A stretch of 64,000 nucleotides of DNA from an uncultured Planctomycetota bacterium (GTDB taxonomy: Bacteria > Planctomycetota > Planctomycetia > Isosphaerales > Isosphaeraceae). The stretch's first letter is position 1. Each line of letters starts with the position of its first letter. Of this stretch, positions 53,654 through 64,000 are shown in pieces. Location of the stretch: positions 672,001 through 736,000 of the forward strand of contig CAWJTV010000034.1 of NCBI GenBank assembly GCA_963845755.1, read 5' to 3'. The notes beneath the pieces are model-generated. The model saw only the letters and a program-made list of their open reading frames with translations, was not told the DNA's origin and did not search any database. The translations under genes and the position numbers were made by a program.

Positions 53654-56600
53654 GACCGGCCTCCCCCGAAATCTCAGGGAGCGGGATACGGGCACGGAGC
53701 GTCGTCCCCGCGCCCTCACCCGACTCGATCAGGAGCGTCCCGTCCAGCAGGGCGAGGCGCTCGCGCATCCCGATGATGCCCAGTCGCCGCTCGGGGGCGG
53801 GTCCGAGCTGATCCGGGTCGAAGCCCTTGCCGTCGTCTTCGACCAGGGTCGTGACCTCGCCCGGCCGCCGCTCGACGATCACGCTGACGTAGTGGGCCGC
53901 GGCATGCTTGGCGATATTGTTCAACGCCTCCTGTACGACGCGATAGAGGGCCGTCTCGACCTCCGGCGGCAGGCGGTAGGCGTCCTGGCCGGGAGACTGG
54001 AAGTCGGCCGCGACTCCGGTCCGCTCCGACCACTTCGCAACGTAGGTGGCCAGTGCCGGACCGAGGCCGATGTCGTCCAGTGCGCTGGGCCGCAGCTCGA
54101 CGGCCAGGTCGTGCGCCTCGCGGCCGATCCGCCCGACACTCGCCTCGACCTCCCGGAGTCGCCCGCGGCCCGGCGAGCCCTCCGGGATGGCCCTCTCCAG
54201 CTCCTTGAGGCCGAGCATCAGGGCGGTCAGCTCCTGGCCCAGGCCATCGTGCAGCTCGCGGGAGACGCGCCGACGCTCGTCCTCCTGGACCCGGACCAGC
54301 CGCCGGAGCAGCTCGACCCGCGCCGCGTTGGCCCGCATCAGCTCCGCCGTCCGCTCGGCCACCCGGGCCTCCAGCTCGTCGCGGGCCTGGCGGAGGTCGT
54401 CCTCCATGCGCTTGCGGTCGGTCAGGTCGCGGAGGACCTTGACGAAGCCGAGCGACCCGCCGTCGCCCATCGGGGTCAGCACGCCGGAGGCATAGAATCG
54501 CGACCCGTCCTGGCGGAGATGCCACCGCTCGTCGGCCGCCCGCCCGTCGCGCCGGGCGGTCTCCGCCTCCGCCGCCGGCACGCCGTCGGCCCGGTCCTCC
54601 GGCGTGAAGAGGATGTCGTGCGGGCGACCGACGATCTCCCGCTCGGCGTACCCGAAGGTCGCCTCCGAGCCGGGGTTCCAGCCGGTGACCCGGCGACCGG
54701 GGTCCAGCGTGTAGATGGCATAGTCGGTGGCGCTCTCGACGATCAGGCGCAGCCGCTCCTCGCCCTCCCGGAGGGCTTCGAGCGCAATGCGCTGATCGTG
54801 GATCTCCGTGGCGGTGCCGAACCACGTCGTGATCCGGCCGGCCTCGTCGTGCAGGGGCAGGGCTTGCACGAGGAACCAGCGGAACGCGCCGTCCGACGCC
54901 CTGCGAATGCGGTACTCCAGGCGTAAGGGCTGCCCGGCGTCGACCGCCCGCTGGAACATCGACCGCGACCGCTCGCGGTCATCGGGGTGGATCACGTCGA
55001 ACCACCCGTACGCTCTTGCCTGCTCCAGCGTCTGGCCGGTGTAGTCGAGCCACCGGCGGTTGAACCAGTCGGCGGCCCCGGACGGATCGTTCTGCCAGAT
55101 GACGTCGGGCACGAGGTCGACCACCGCGCGGAACCGCGACTCGCTTTGGCGAAGCTCCTGCTCCGCCCGCCTGCGCTCGGTGATATCGACGGCCATCCCG
55201 ACGACGAACCGGCGCCCATCCCCCAGGGTCCCGGGCGAGCTGGCGCTGAAGGTCCAGTACCGCTCGCCGCCGTCGCGGGTGCGGATGGCGAACTCGAGGT
55301 CCAGCGAAAGTCGGGCGCCGCCGAATAGTTCGTGCAGTTGATCGCGCACGGCGTCAGCCCGCGAGACGTGCGCGAGGGCCAGCCAGGCCTCCAGCGTCGG
55401 CAGGTCCGCCAGCGCGTAGCCGGTCAGCTCGGTCCACTTGCGGCTGAGCTGAAGGACCTCGCTGTCCTCGGCGTACATGATTACCGGGATCGGCGCCTCC
55501 TCGATAGCCCGGCGGAACTGCTCTTCCCGCTCACGCAGGTCCGCCTCGGCGCCTTGGCCTCGGTGATGTCCCGGCAGGTCATGAGGCCGCCGATGCGCCC
55601 GCCGCCCAGGGTGATCGGCCGGCCGCTATAGCTGGCGATGAACTCGACGGGCCGATGCCGGCCCTTGACCCTCACCGCGAGGTCCGTGAACGTCTCCCCC
55701 CGCCTCATCCGCGACTGCGGCCACTCCTCGACCGGCATGGGCCCGTCGTCGGGGTATCCGAGGTCGAACATCGGGATGCCCACCTCGCTGGCCTTCTTCA
55801 TCTCCTCCGTCGAGGCAAAGCCGTGGAGGAGGAGTGCGGCGGGGTTGAAGTAGAAGAACGCGCCGGTCGCGTCGGCGAGCACGATGCCCTCGGCCATGCC
55901 CTCCATGACCGCCGTCCGCTCGGCGAGCAGTCGCTCGCGCTCGGCCTCGGCCCGCCGGCGCTCGGTGATGTCGACGAACGTGATGACCACGCCGTTGATC
56001 CGATTGTCCGTGGTTCGATACGGCAGCGCCTTTCGGAGGTAGTGCCGACCGTTGGCGCGCCGACACCTCGCGCTCGACCGGCACGAGTCGATCGAGCACC
56101 GCGCGCGCGTCACTGTCCAGGTGCGGGTCGTCGAACTTGCGGTCGAGGTTGCCCAGCGGCCGCCCGACGTCCGAGGCGATCAGGTGGAGCAGCTCGCGTA
56201 CGGCCGGCGTGTACCGGCGGATTCGGAACCCGGTGTCGAGGAACAGCACGGCGATATCGGTACTGGCCAGCAGGCTCGCCAGGTCGCTGCTGGCCGCCAG
56301 GTGCTCCTCCATCTTCGCCCGGAGCTGGGCGTTGACCGTCGTCAGCTCCTCGTTGAGCGACTGCATCTCCTCCTTGCTGGTCTCGAGCTCCTCGTTGGCG
56401 CTCTGGAGCTCCTCGTTGACGCTCATGATCTCCTCGTTGGAGGCCTTGAGCTCCTCGTTGCTGGTCTGCAGCTCTTCGATGGTGCTCCGCAGCTCGGCAC
56501 GGAGCCGGCGCATCTCATCAGTCGCGACCTCGCCGTTGGACTCGCGGCCGTCCGGGTCGTTCGAAACGAAGTCCCCTCGTTCCTCGAAGCTGACGACGAA

Positions 56601-58585
56601 GTAGTCGGGGGCGCCGGGCCTCTCGTCGATGGCGAGGCCCCCGACGACGGGCGAAGCGGTGACCGCGATCCGCACACGGCGGCCCGGCTCGAGGTCGACC
56701 CAGCCCTCGAGCACGGTGACCCTCCCCATCTCCGCCGCCGCCCGATGCAGCGCGACGCGCACCGCCCCGCGGACGCCCTCGCGGGCCAGCAGCATCAGGT
56801 CGCGAGTCGGCTCGCCGGACGGCTGCTGGAGGAACGGCCGCGTGTCGCCGTGGTAATAGAGGATGCGGTGGTCGCGGTCGACCGTCACGGCGGCCGGCGT
56901 GTGCCCTTCCAGCAGGATGCGCTGGGTGAGCTGCGCGATCGACAGGCCGCGCCGTTCCGCTGACGCAGCCTCGACGACGGGGCACTGCCGAGGTTGATCC
57001 CGGCGCCGTCCTCGTCGTCCAGGATCGGGTGCGGCAATGGGAAATCGACCGACCCGTGCCGCGTCGGGCCGACCCGTCGGTAGATCCGCGCCTTCTTGTC
57101 GATCACCTCGTACAGGTCCTCGGTCCCGGCGATCGTCTCGCTGCTGCCCAGGAACAGCGCCCCGCCCTCGCGCAGCCCGAAATGGAGCAGCGCCAGCACG
57201 CGCGACTGCACCTCCGGCTCGAGGTAGATCATCAGGTTGCGGCAGGTGGCGATGTCGAGCCGGCTGAATGGCGGGTCCTGGAGGACGTTCTGCGGTGCGA
57301 AGACCACCCGGTCACGCAGCTCCGGCCGCACCCGGTAGACCGAATCGTCCCTGGAGAAGAACCGCTCGAGTCGCTCGACCGTGATCTCGGACTCGATGCC
57401 GCCGGGGTAGATCCCGGCCCGGGCGTGGGCGAGCGCGCGATCGGCCAGGTCGGTGGCGAAGACCTTGATGTCCAGTTGTTTGCCGGCCCGGTCGGCCTCC
57501 TCTACCAGCAACATGGCCAGCGTGTAGGCCTCCTCGCCGCTGGAGCAGGCGGTCACCCAGGCGCGGACCGAGGCACCCGGCTCGCGCGCATCGACCAGCG
57601 GCGAGATGACCTGCTCGCGCAACGCCTCCCAGGCCTCGGGGTCGCGGAAGAAGCCCGTGACGTGGATGAGCAGGTCGTCGGCCAGCGGTGTCACCTCGGT
57701 GGGACTCTGCCTCAGCAGCCTGGCGTACTCCGCCAGGCTCGTGATGCCGTTGAGGCCCATCCGCCGCTGCACCCGCCGGAGCAGGGTCGGCTTCTTGTAG
57801 CCGGAGAAGTCATGGTGGGTTCGGGTGCGGAGGATGGCCAGGACCTCCCGGAGATGGTGCTGCTCCTGCTTCAGGATCGTCTCGGCGTCGGCCTCCCGTC
57901 CGCCGCGGGCGTAGGGATGCCCGGCGTAGGCCAGCAGCACCTCGGGCATGTCGGCCGGGCGGAGGATGTGGTCGGCGTAGCCGGCGTCGATCAGGTGCCG
58001 GGGCATGCTCGGGAACTGGGCCGACTCCACGTCCTGGGCGATGCACATCCCGCCGACGGCCTTGACCGCCTGCGCCCCGGCCGTGCCATTGGAGCCCATG
58101 CCGCTCATCACGATGCAGATGGCCCGCTCGCGCTGCTCCTCGGCCAGGCTCCGGAAGAAGTCGTCGACCGGGCGATTCGCGGCCCGCGACGTGCCGAGCG
58201 GCGGGCCCAGGTGCAGCCGGCCCTCCCGGATCGTCAGGACATGCCCGGGGCGGATGACGTAGACGTGGTCGGGCTCGACCGCCATGCCGTCCTCGACCTG
58301 GCTCACCGGCATGGCGGTGTGCCGGGAGAGGAGCTCCGCCATCATGCTCTCGCGGTCCGGCGAGAGGTGCTGGACCAGGACAAACGCCATCCCGCCGTCG
58401 GGACGCATCGCGTCCAGGAGGTCGCTGACCGCTTCCAGCCCGCCGGCAGAGGCCCCGATGCCGACGACCGGGAACGGCAGGCGCGGTGGCTGCTCGGCGT
58501 CGACGGGTTGGGCCATCCGGTCCATCTCCCGATCGGGCTGCCCTTGCGTCGCTTCATCGGGAGTTGATGGACTCTCCTCGGCCAT
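53643..58585 (-). CDS. CheB-CheR-multi-PAS-HisKA_3 sensor kinase (split into four frames)
   Basis: VVGIGASAGG (CheB), KKPTLLRRVQRR/ACSSGEEAY (CheR), NEELQSANEEL coiled coil, PAS repeats, ELHDGLGQ, QEALNNIAKHA, DDGKGF. Confidence 0.88.
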
Positions 58586-58928
58586 TGACGTGACATCCTC
58601 TCGGGCGTGCGGCCCGTGGTCGCGGAATGCGGAGTCCGGCCGGTGTTTCAACCCTCCGGCGATCCGAACGGCATCAAGGCCAGCCGCCCGAAACTCGGAC
58701 TCTCCGGGACCGCTGAAACGGCCCTACAACCAGAACTGCCCTGAGTGCGACTTACTCGGCCGAATGCCTCCCCGGTCCGTCGTATCAACGGACGCGACAC
58801 CTACTTCCGCGAGCCCGATCCGATCCGACTTCGTATCGCAATCGCCGCCCGGACATCGATGCTACCATAGGCAGGTCGTGGCTGGCCATGAGACACCACC
58901 TCTTCCTTATCGGGAATCCTGAGGGCTG

Positions 58929-59050
58929 AGAGTCTGTCCCAGAAGGGGCCGGTCCGGGCGAGCGGGGGGCGTCAACCCCCTGTCTTGGAGGTCCGTCGCT
59001 CACCGGACAGGGGGCTGACGCCCCCCGCTCGCCCTTCCGGGACAGACTCT
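58929..59050. repeat. REP-like palindrome, copy 2, nested in an outer 12-bp inverted repeat
   Basis: Inner GCGAGCGGGGGGCGTCA...TGACGCCCCCCGCTCGC; outer AGAGTCTGTCCC / GGGACAGACTCT. Confidence 0.85.
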
Positions 59051-59161
59051 GAAGGCCGAATCAGATCGGTTCTGACGAACCGTAGCGACGAGTCGATCGA
59101 ATCTCAGGACGAGCTGGTGCGTCGACGTTCGGGCATCCCGCCGGCATGACCCATCGATCGG

Positions 59162-59932
59162 TCAGGGCGCCTCGAATCGCTTCACCAGCCGGAGACACTG
59201 CTCGACCTCGTCGGCGATCGCCTGGTCGAATTCGGCCCTGGCCAGGATACTCGACACGAGGTCGGCGTCGAGGCCGCCCGACGCGGAGAGCCAACCGGCC
59301 TCGTCGCGGATGGTGAGGGTCAGAGACTCGCAGGTCAGCGAATAATCGAGTGTCGCCACCTCGTCGAGACGGCGGCGGCGCGACCAGGCGTCAACGCTCG
59401 ACCAAAGATCCTTGATGGACTTGCTGATCCGTTCGATCGCTTCGGGGTCGAGTCCGCTCCGGGCCTGGAGCAGCCGCCGGAGCTGCGACAGCCGGCGCAG
59501 GGTGTCGCCGTTGTCTCGCAAGTCCAGGGGAACCGTTCCCTCGACCCGCGGGACATCGAGCTGGTCTCGCCAGGCACAGGACTGTTCCAGCGAGTCGAAG
59601 ATCTGATCCGGGGTGTAGGGTTTGGGGATGTAGTCGTCGGCCCCGGCTTCGAAGCTCTCGATCCGGTTCTCGGCCGTGAGTCGCGCCGTGACGATGACGA
59701 CCGGGATCGGGCTGGCCGGCTCCGAGGACTTGAGCGACCGGCAGACGTCATACCCGTTCATGTCGGGGAGCATGAGATCGAGGAAGACGACGTCCGGCGC
59801 GTGCTGGCGGATCTTCTCCAGGGCCTCCTCGCCTCGGAACGCCGACTCGGTCTGGTAGCCGCGGAGCTGGAGGAGCATGGCCAGGAGCTTGTTGGCCTCG
59901 GGTTCGTCCTCGACGATCAGGGCGGTGGGCAT
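59162..59932 (-). CDS. Response regulator with C-terminal degenerate HATPase/anti-sigma-like domain
   Basis: IVEDE, FLDLMLPDMNG, GADDYIPKPY; tail LTIRDEAG...LRLVKRF. Confidence 0.75.
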   Translation of the reverse strand: MPTALIVEDEPEANKLLAMLLQLRGYQTESAFRGEEALEKIRQHAPDVVFLDLMLPDMNGYDVCRSLKSSEPASPIPVVIVTARLTAENRIESFEAGADDYIPKPYTPDQIFDSLEQSCAWRDQLDVPRVEGTVPLDLRDNGDTLRRLSQLRRLLQARSGLDPEAIERISKSIKDLWSSVDAWSRRRRLDEVATLDYSLTCESLTLTIRDEAGWLSASGGLDADLVSSILARAEFDQAIADEVEQCLRLVKRFEAP

Positions 59933-59993
59933 GGGTCGTCCTCGGCGGATGACGGAGCTGCTCGAAGCCGCGGCTCCCTGCGGGCGATGGACC

Positions 59994-61258
59994 TCACGAT
60001 TGGTGGGCGGGCAAATCCGGGCCATCGGGAGACGGTCCCGCACCATCGGCTCCGGAGGGATGGTTGTCCGCAAGGTCCCCGCCGGTATCGCTGTGGCGGG
60101 GCAGGATAACGGTCACCCGCGTCCCTCCCGCTGGTACGGCCTCGGCGAAGATGCGACCTTCGTGCAGATCCACGAACTGTTTGGCGATACTCAGGCCCAG
60201 GCCCAGCCCGCGCTTGCAGAAACCGAAGTCGCCGGAGGAGTGGCGGCTGGGATCGAACTGCGTGAAGAACGGCTGGAAGAGGTGCGGAATCGCCTCCGGC
60301 TCGAGGCCCACGCCCCGATCCTCCACGACGATCTCGGCCTCGTCCGCCACATGGAGTCGAGCCGTCAACTCGATCTGCCCTCCGTCCGGCGTGAACTTGA
60401 TGGCGTTGGTCAGGAGATTAATCAGGACCGCGCTGATCTTGTCCGCATCGATCTCGAATGTACCCAGGTCCGCGGCCGTGACGATGTGGACGTGGATTCG
60501 TCGGGCGTTCAGGAAGGGCGCACCTGATCGACGACCTTCTCGATCAGATCGGTGAGTCGGACCGGACTGCGTTGGAGCGTCCGACGGAAATCCTCGGCGC
60601 GGAGCAAGGTCAGCATGTTGGTCACCAGCCGCGCCAGTTGCTTTCCGCTGGTGGTGATCTGCCGGAGGATCTCCTGCTCCTGGTCCGATCGGTTGGGGTT
60701 GGCCAGGCGCAAGAGCTCGGCCAGGCCGAGGACCAGCGTGATCGGCGTGTTGAACTCGTGGCTGGCCACTTCGATGAATGCCGTCTTGAGCTGGCCGGCG
60801 CGGGCCAGCTCGCTGTTGGCCTCGACCAGTTGGACGTTGGCCGCTTGCAACTCGCCGATCAGCCGGCGGCGCTCGGCCAGCAGGTCGTACTGCTCGACCC
60901 CCTGCCGGATGATCCCTTCCAGCTCGGCCGAGTCCCACGGCTTGAGGATATAGCGGAAGATATGCCCCTCATTCACGGCATTGATCACCGCCTGGATGTC
61001 CGCATAGCCGGTGAAGAGCATCCGGATCGTGTCGGGCTTGAGCTCTCGAGCCTGGCGCAGGAGCACGTCGCCCGGCATGCCGGGCATTCTCTGGTCGGTG
61101 AGGATCACCTCGACGTCGTTCTTCTCCAGCAAGCCGATCGCTTCCGAACCGGAGGGGCTGGTCAACACGCGGTAAGTCCGGTGGAACTGGTGGCGCAGAC
61201 TGTCCAGCACGTCCACCTCGTCGTCGACGACCAGCAGCGTCTTTCGCCTTCGCTCCAT
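59994..61258 (-). CDS. Hybrid REC-histidine kinase (frameshift near 60525)
   Basis: VVDDE, TDQRMP, ASHEFNTP, NAIKFT, GLGLGL. Confidence 0.88.
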
Positions 61259-61459
61259 TCCGTTGCCTCCGGTCGACTGCGCCAAGGCTGGCCCTCCCTC
61301 CGGTTCCACGGACTTCTGGCGAGGTCGCAGGTCAGCCCCCCGCCGCGGTCGCTCGTTCCCACCGGAGTTGCCCGCTAGTCCGGTGCCCGATCACTCGCCG
61401 CTCCTGCCTTTCGACCGTTCAGACCTGCAACTTGCCGGCCGCTGGCAGGGTCGCCGGAT

Positions 61460-61958
61460 TCAGTGGTCTGACGGGGAAACTTGAAGCTGCCGGACCACCG
61501 TCTCCAGCGCAGAGACCCGCTCCTTCAGTTCGGTGACTTCCACCAGGAGATGTTCGCGCTCCATGGCGATGGTTTCGAGACGATCGTACTCCAGCGCGGC
61601 CTGGCGCACGGCGCCGATCAACTCTTCCGGCTGCCAGGGCTTCTTCAAGAACTGGAAGATATGCCCCTGGTTGATCGCCGCGATGATCGACTCCAGATCG
61701 GCGAACCCGGTGAACAGCATCCGGATCGCATGCGGATGCCGTGCCTTCAGTCGTGTCAGGAGCTCGATCCCCGTGATTTGCGGCATCCGCTGGTCGGACA
61801 TCACAATGTGCACCTCCTCCTCCTGCATCAGGCGATATCCCTCCTCGGCGCGTATGCGCCTTGAGGACCCGGAATTCGCGGCGCAGCAAGTCCTGGACGG
61901 AGTCGCAGACGTCAGGCTCATCATCCACGACCAGAAGACAGTGCCGGGAAGTGGGCAT
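61460..61958 (-). CDS. Receiver-domain protein with coiled-coil tail (frameshift near 61850)
   Basis: LVVDDEPD, SDQRMP, FTGFAD, KPW. Confidence 0.85.
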
Positions 61959-62245
61959 CTCGAAAGTGACTCCCTGAGGACGTTCCAGACCGCCGGCAAT
62001 CGAGCGAAGTTGCTCCAATGTCAGTATATCCGGGAACCATCCGACGTTCGACCTCCTTCTCCTCGTCGTCGTCGCGACGTTGCGTGCACGCATTTGGCAG
62101 GCACGTCACGGTTTCGAAACCGGCGGGGGCCCGGGGTGCCTGCGGCCGCTTGAAGATGATAGTCTGGTGAGGGTCCCTGGTCCTGGGACTTCCCGGAAGG
62201 GTCGCGAGATTAGCCCAGGGCTGCGGCGGATCGATTGGGTTGAAC

Positions 62246-62623
62246 ATGCCCGCCTTTACGCACCACATCTTCGTTTGCGGGAATGTCCGAGACGCCGGCC
62301 ATAAGCGGGGCTGTTGCGATCCGGAGGGGCGCCAGGTGCTGCGCGACGCGTTCAAGAAGGAGCTGAAGAAGGCGGGTTTCGGGGGTCTGGCCCGGGCGAA
62401 TCATGCCGGTTGTCTGGAACAGTGCGAGCACGGTCCAACGGTTGTGATCTACCCACAAGGCATCTGGTATGGCCGGGTAAAGGTCGAGGACGTGGGCCGG
62501 ATCGTGGCCCGGACCATCATCGGGGGCGAGATCCTCAACGACTTGCTGATCGACGACGATTGCTTGAATAATCCCAATTGTCCGCACCGCCGGGGATCTG
62601 CTGGAGAGGAGAATCGTGGCTGA
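62246..62623 (+). CDS. Thioredoxin-like [2Fe-2S] ferredoxin
   Basis: HIFVC...GCC...GCLEQCEHGP..VIYPQGIWY. Confidence 0.9.
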   Translation: MPAFTHHIFVCGNVRDAGHKRGCCDPEGRQVLRDAFKKELKKAGFGGLARANHAGCLEQCEHGPTVVIYPQGIWYGRVKVEDVGRIVARTIIGGEILNDLLIDDDCLNNPNCPHRRGSAGEENRG

Positions 62624-63473
62624 GCTGGTCGGGACCGTCGAGGAGATGCGCCGCGCGGTGGCCGCGGCGCGGGAACGCGGCCTTCGCGTCGGCCTGGTGC
62701 CGACGATGGGGGCCCTGCATGATGGCCACGTCCGGCTGATCGAGCATTGCCGGGCTCTCAGCGGCTCGGTGGTCGTCTCGATCTTCGTAAATCCGACCCA
62801 GTTTGGTCCGAACGAGGATTACGAGCGCTATCCCCGCACCCTCGCCGACGACCTCGCGCGTTGCCGCGCCGCCGGCACCGACTGGGTCTTCGCGCCGGCC
62901 GCGACCGCCGTTTATCCGAATGGGCCAGGCTCGACATTCGTCGAGGTGCCTGGCCTCTCCGACGTCTACGAAGGGGCGATCCGCCCCGGCCATTTCCGGG
63001 GCGTCGCGACGGTGGTCCTCAAGCTCTTCGAGATCGTCCGCCCCGATCTGGCGGTGTTCGGCCAGAAGGATTATCAGCAGCAACTCCTGATTCGCCGGAT
63101 GGTCCAGGATCTTCACGTACCCGTCGAGATCGTGACCGTACCGACCGTCCGCGAGCCGGACGGATTGGCCCTCAGCAGCCGGAACCGCTACTTGAGTCCC
63201 TCCGATCGCCACGCGGCCAGCGTGCTTTCGCGCGCACTGGTGCGGGCCAGGCAGGCCGTGACGCGAGGTGAGCGGGATGCGAACCGGGTTCGACAGATGC
63301 TCCGCGAAACCCTAGAATCAGAGATGTCGGCGAAGGTCGATTATGCCGAGGTCGCCGATGCCGAGACGCTGGAGCCTCTGGACGACCTGGCCCCGCCCCG
63401 ACGGGCCGTGGCCCTCCTGGCGGCCTCGTTCGGCTCGACCCGTCTCATTGATAACCTGCCGCTGACGGAGTGA
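62616..63473 (+). CDS. panC: Pantoate--beta-alanine ligase
   Basis: PTMGALHDGH, SIFVNPTQF, RPGHFRGV, FGQKD, DGLALSSRN, RLIDN. Confidence 0.97.
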   Translation: MAELVGTVEEMRRAVAAARERGLRVGLVPTMGALHDGHVRLIEHCRALSGSVVVSIFVNPTQFGPNEDYERYPRTLADDLARCRAAGTDWVFAPAATAVYPNGPGSTFVEVPGLSDVYEGAIRPGHFRGVATVVLKLFEIVRPDLAVFGQKDYQQQLLIRRMVQDLHVPVEIVTVPTVREPDGLALSSRNRYLSPSDRHAASVLSRALVRARQAVTRGERDANRVRQMLRETLESEMSAKVDYAEVADAETLEPLDDLAPPRRAVALLAASFGSTRLIDNLPLTE

Positions 63474-63591
63474 ACGAATCGTCAAGCGGCCGCTCGCCGT
63501 TCTGCGGCGGGGCAAGCGGCAGCCGGGCGCACCGTGTCGCAGGCAGAATCGTAACGGCGCAAACCGCCAGATTATAAGGACTTCCCGTCCC

Positions 63592-64000
63592 ATGATGCCG
63601 ATCTTGGTTCGGATTTCATTGACGATCCCGTTCTACGGTCATGCCGAGATCCCGATCTATGGGTTTGGCATGATGCTCGTCCTGGCTTTCCTGATCGCCC
63701 CGGCGCTGGCCTGGTGGCGCGCCCGCCGGGAGGGGCTCGATCCGGAAGTCATCCTGGATATGGCCTTCTGGCTGTTCGTCTGCGGGTTGATCGGCGCCCG
63801 GACCTTCTACTGCATCCAGTATTGGGGACGCGATATCCATAACCTGTGGGAGGCCGTGCAGTACTGGAACGGTGGCATCGTCTATTACGGCTCGATCATC
63901 GGGGGTGTAATCGGCTTCTTCGCGTACCGGTGGTTCCATCCGTTTCCCATCCGTCCCTATCTGGATGCCGTGGCGCCTTCGATCGCGATCGGTACGTTTT
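63592..64000 (+). CDS. lgt: Prolipoprotein diacylglyceryl transferase (runs off window)
   Basis: Hand translation: IYGFGMM...GLIGARTFY...WNGGIVYYGSIIGG...YLDAVAPSIAIG. Confidence 0.88.
   Translation, partial: MMPILVRISLTIPFYGHAEIPIYGFGMMLVLAFLIAPALAWWRARREGLDPEVILDMAFWLFVCGLIGARTFYCIQYWGRDIHNLWEAVQYWNGGIVYYGSIIGGVIGFFAYRWFHPFPIRPYLDAVAPSIAIGTF

Noticed and set aside
53643..58585. Chemotaxis operon
   Set aside because: CheB/CheR are fused into a kinase, and no MCP, CheA or CheW genes are in the window
2128..61958. Numerous frameshifts read as mass pseudogenisation or programmed frameshifting
   Set aside because: They are apparent single-base slips scattered through unrelated genes whose motifs are otherwise intact, without accumulating stop codons; long-read indel error is the simpler explanation

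Overview
High-GC bacterial DNA. The gene content (LEPR-XLL-type leaders, PEP-CTERM proteins, ECF sigma/Ser-Thr kinase pairs, long C-terminally extended ECF sigmas) points to a Planctomycetota genome, probably Isosphaeraceae-like; this is an inference. Many long genes are split by apparent single-base frameshifts, which suggests long-read indel errors rather than real pseudogenes. 1-16.5 kb is an accessory, mobile-element-rich zone. It holds an ISL3, an IS4 inserted at domain V of a degenerate group II intron, a MITE, an ISAs1-like element with a DUF6788-like gene, a Ser-type sulfatase and several surface-protein genes. 16.6-44 kb is mostly signalling: ECF+STK-WD40, MetOD1+PAS hybrid kinase, a second STK, ECF/anti-sigma/PDZ, and an ECF sigma fused to a di-heme oxidoreductase domain; it also carries ftsY and nusB. 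44.7-50.9 kb is a type II FAS/PKS-like cluster (KS, catalytically altered KS/CLF, two FabZ-like dehydratases, long ACP, membrane alpha/beta hydrolase). 51.1-59 kb is a CheB/CheR-PAS kinase, NarL-type regulator and REC-HPr fusion module bracketed by palindromic repeats. The window ends with three receiver genes, a 2Fe-2S ferredoxin, panC and a partial lgt. No rRNA, tRNA or CRISPR array was seen.
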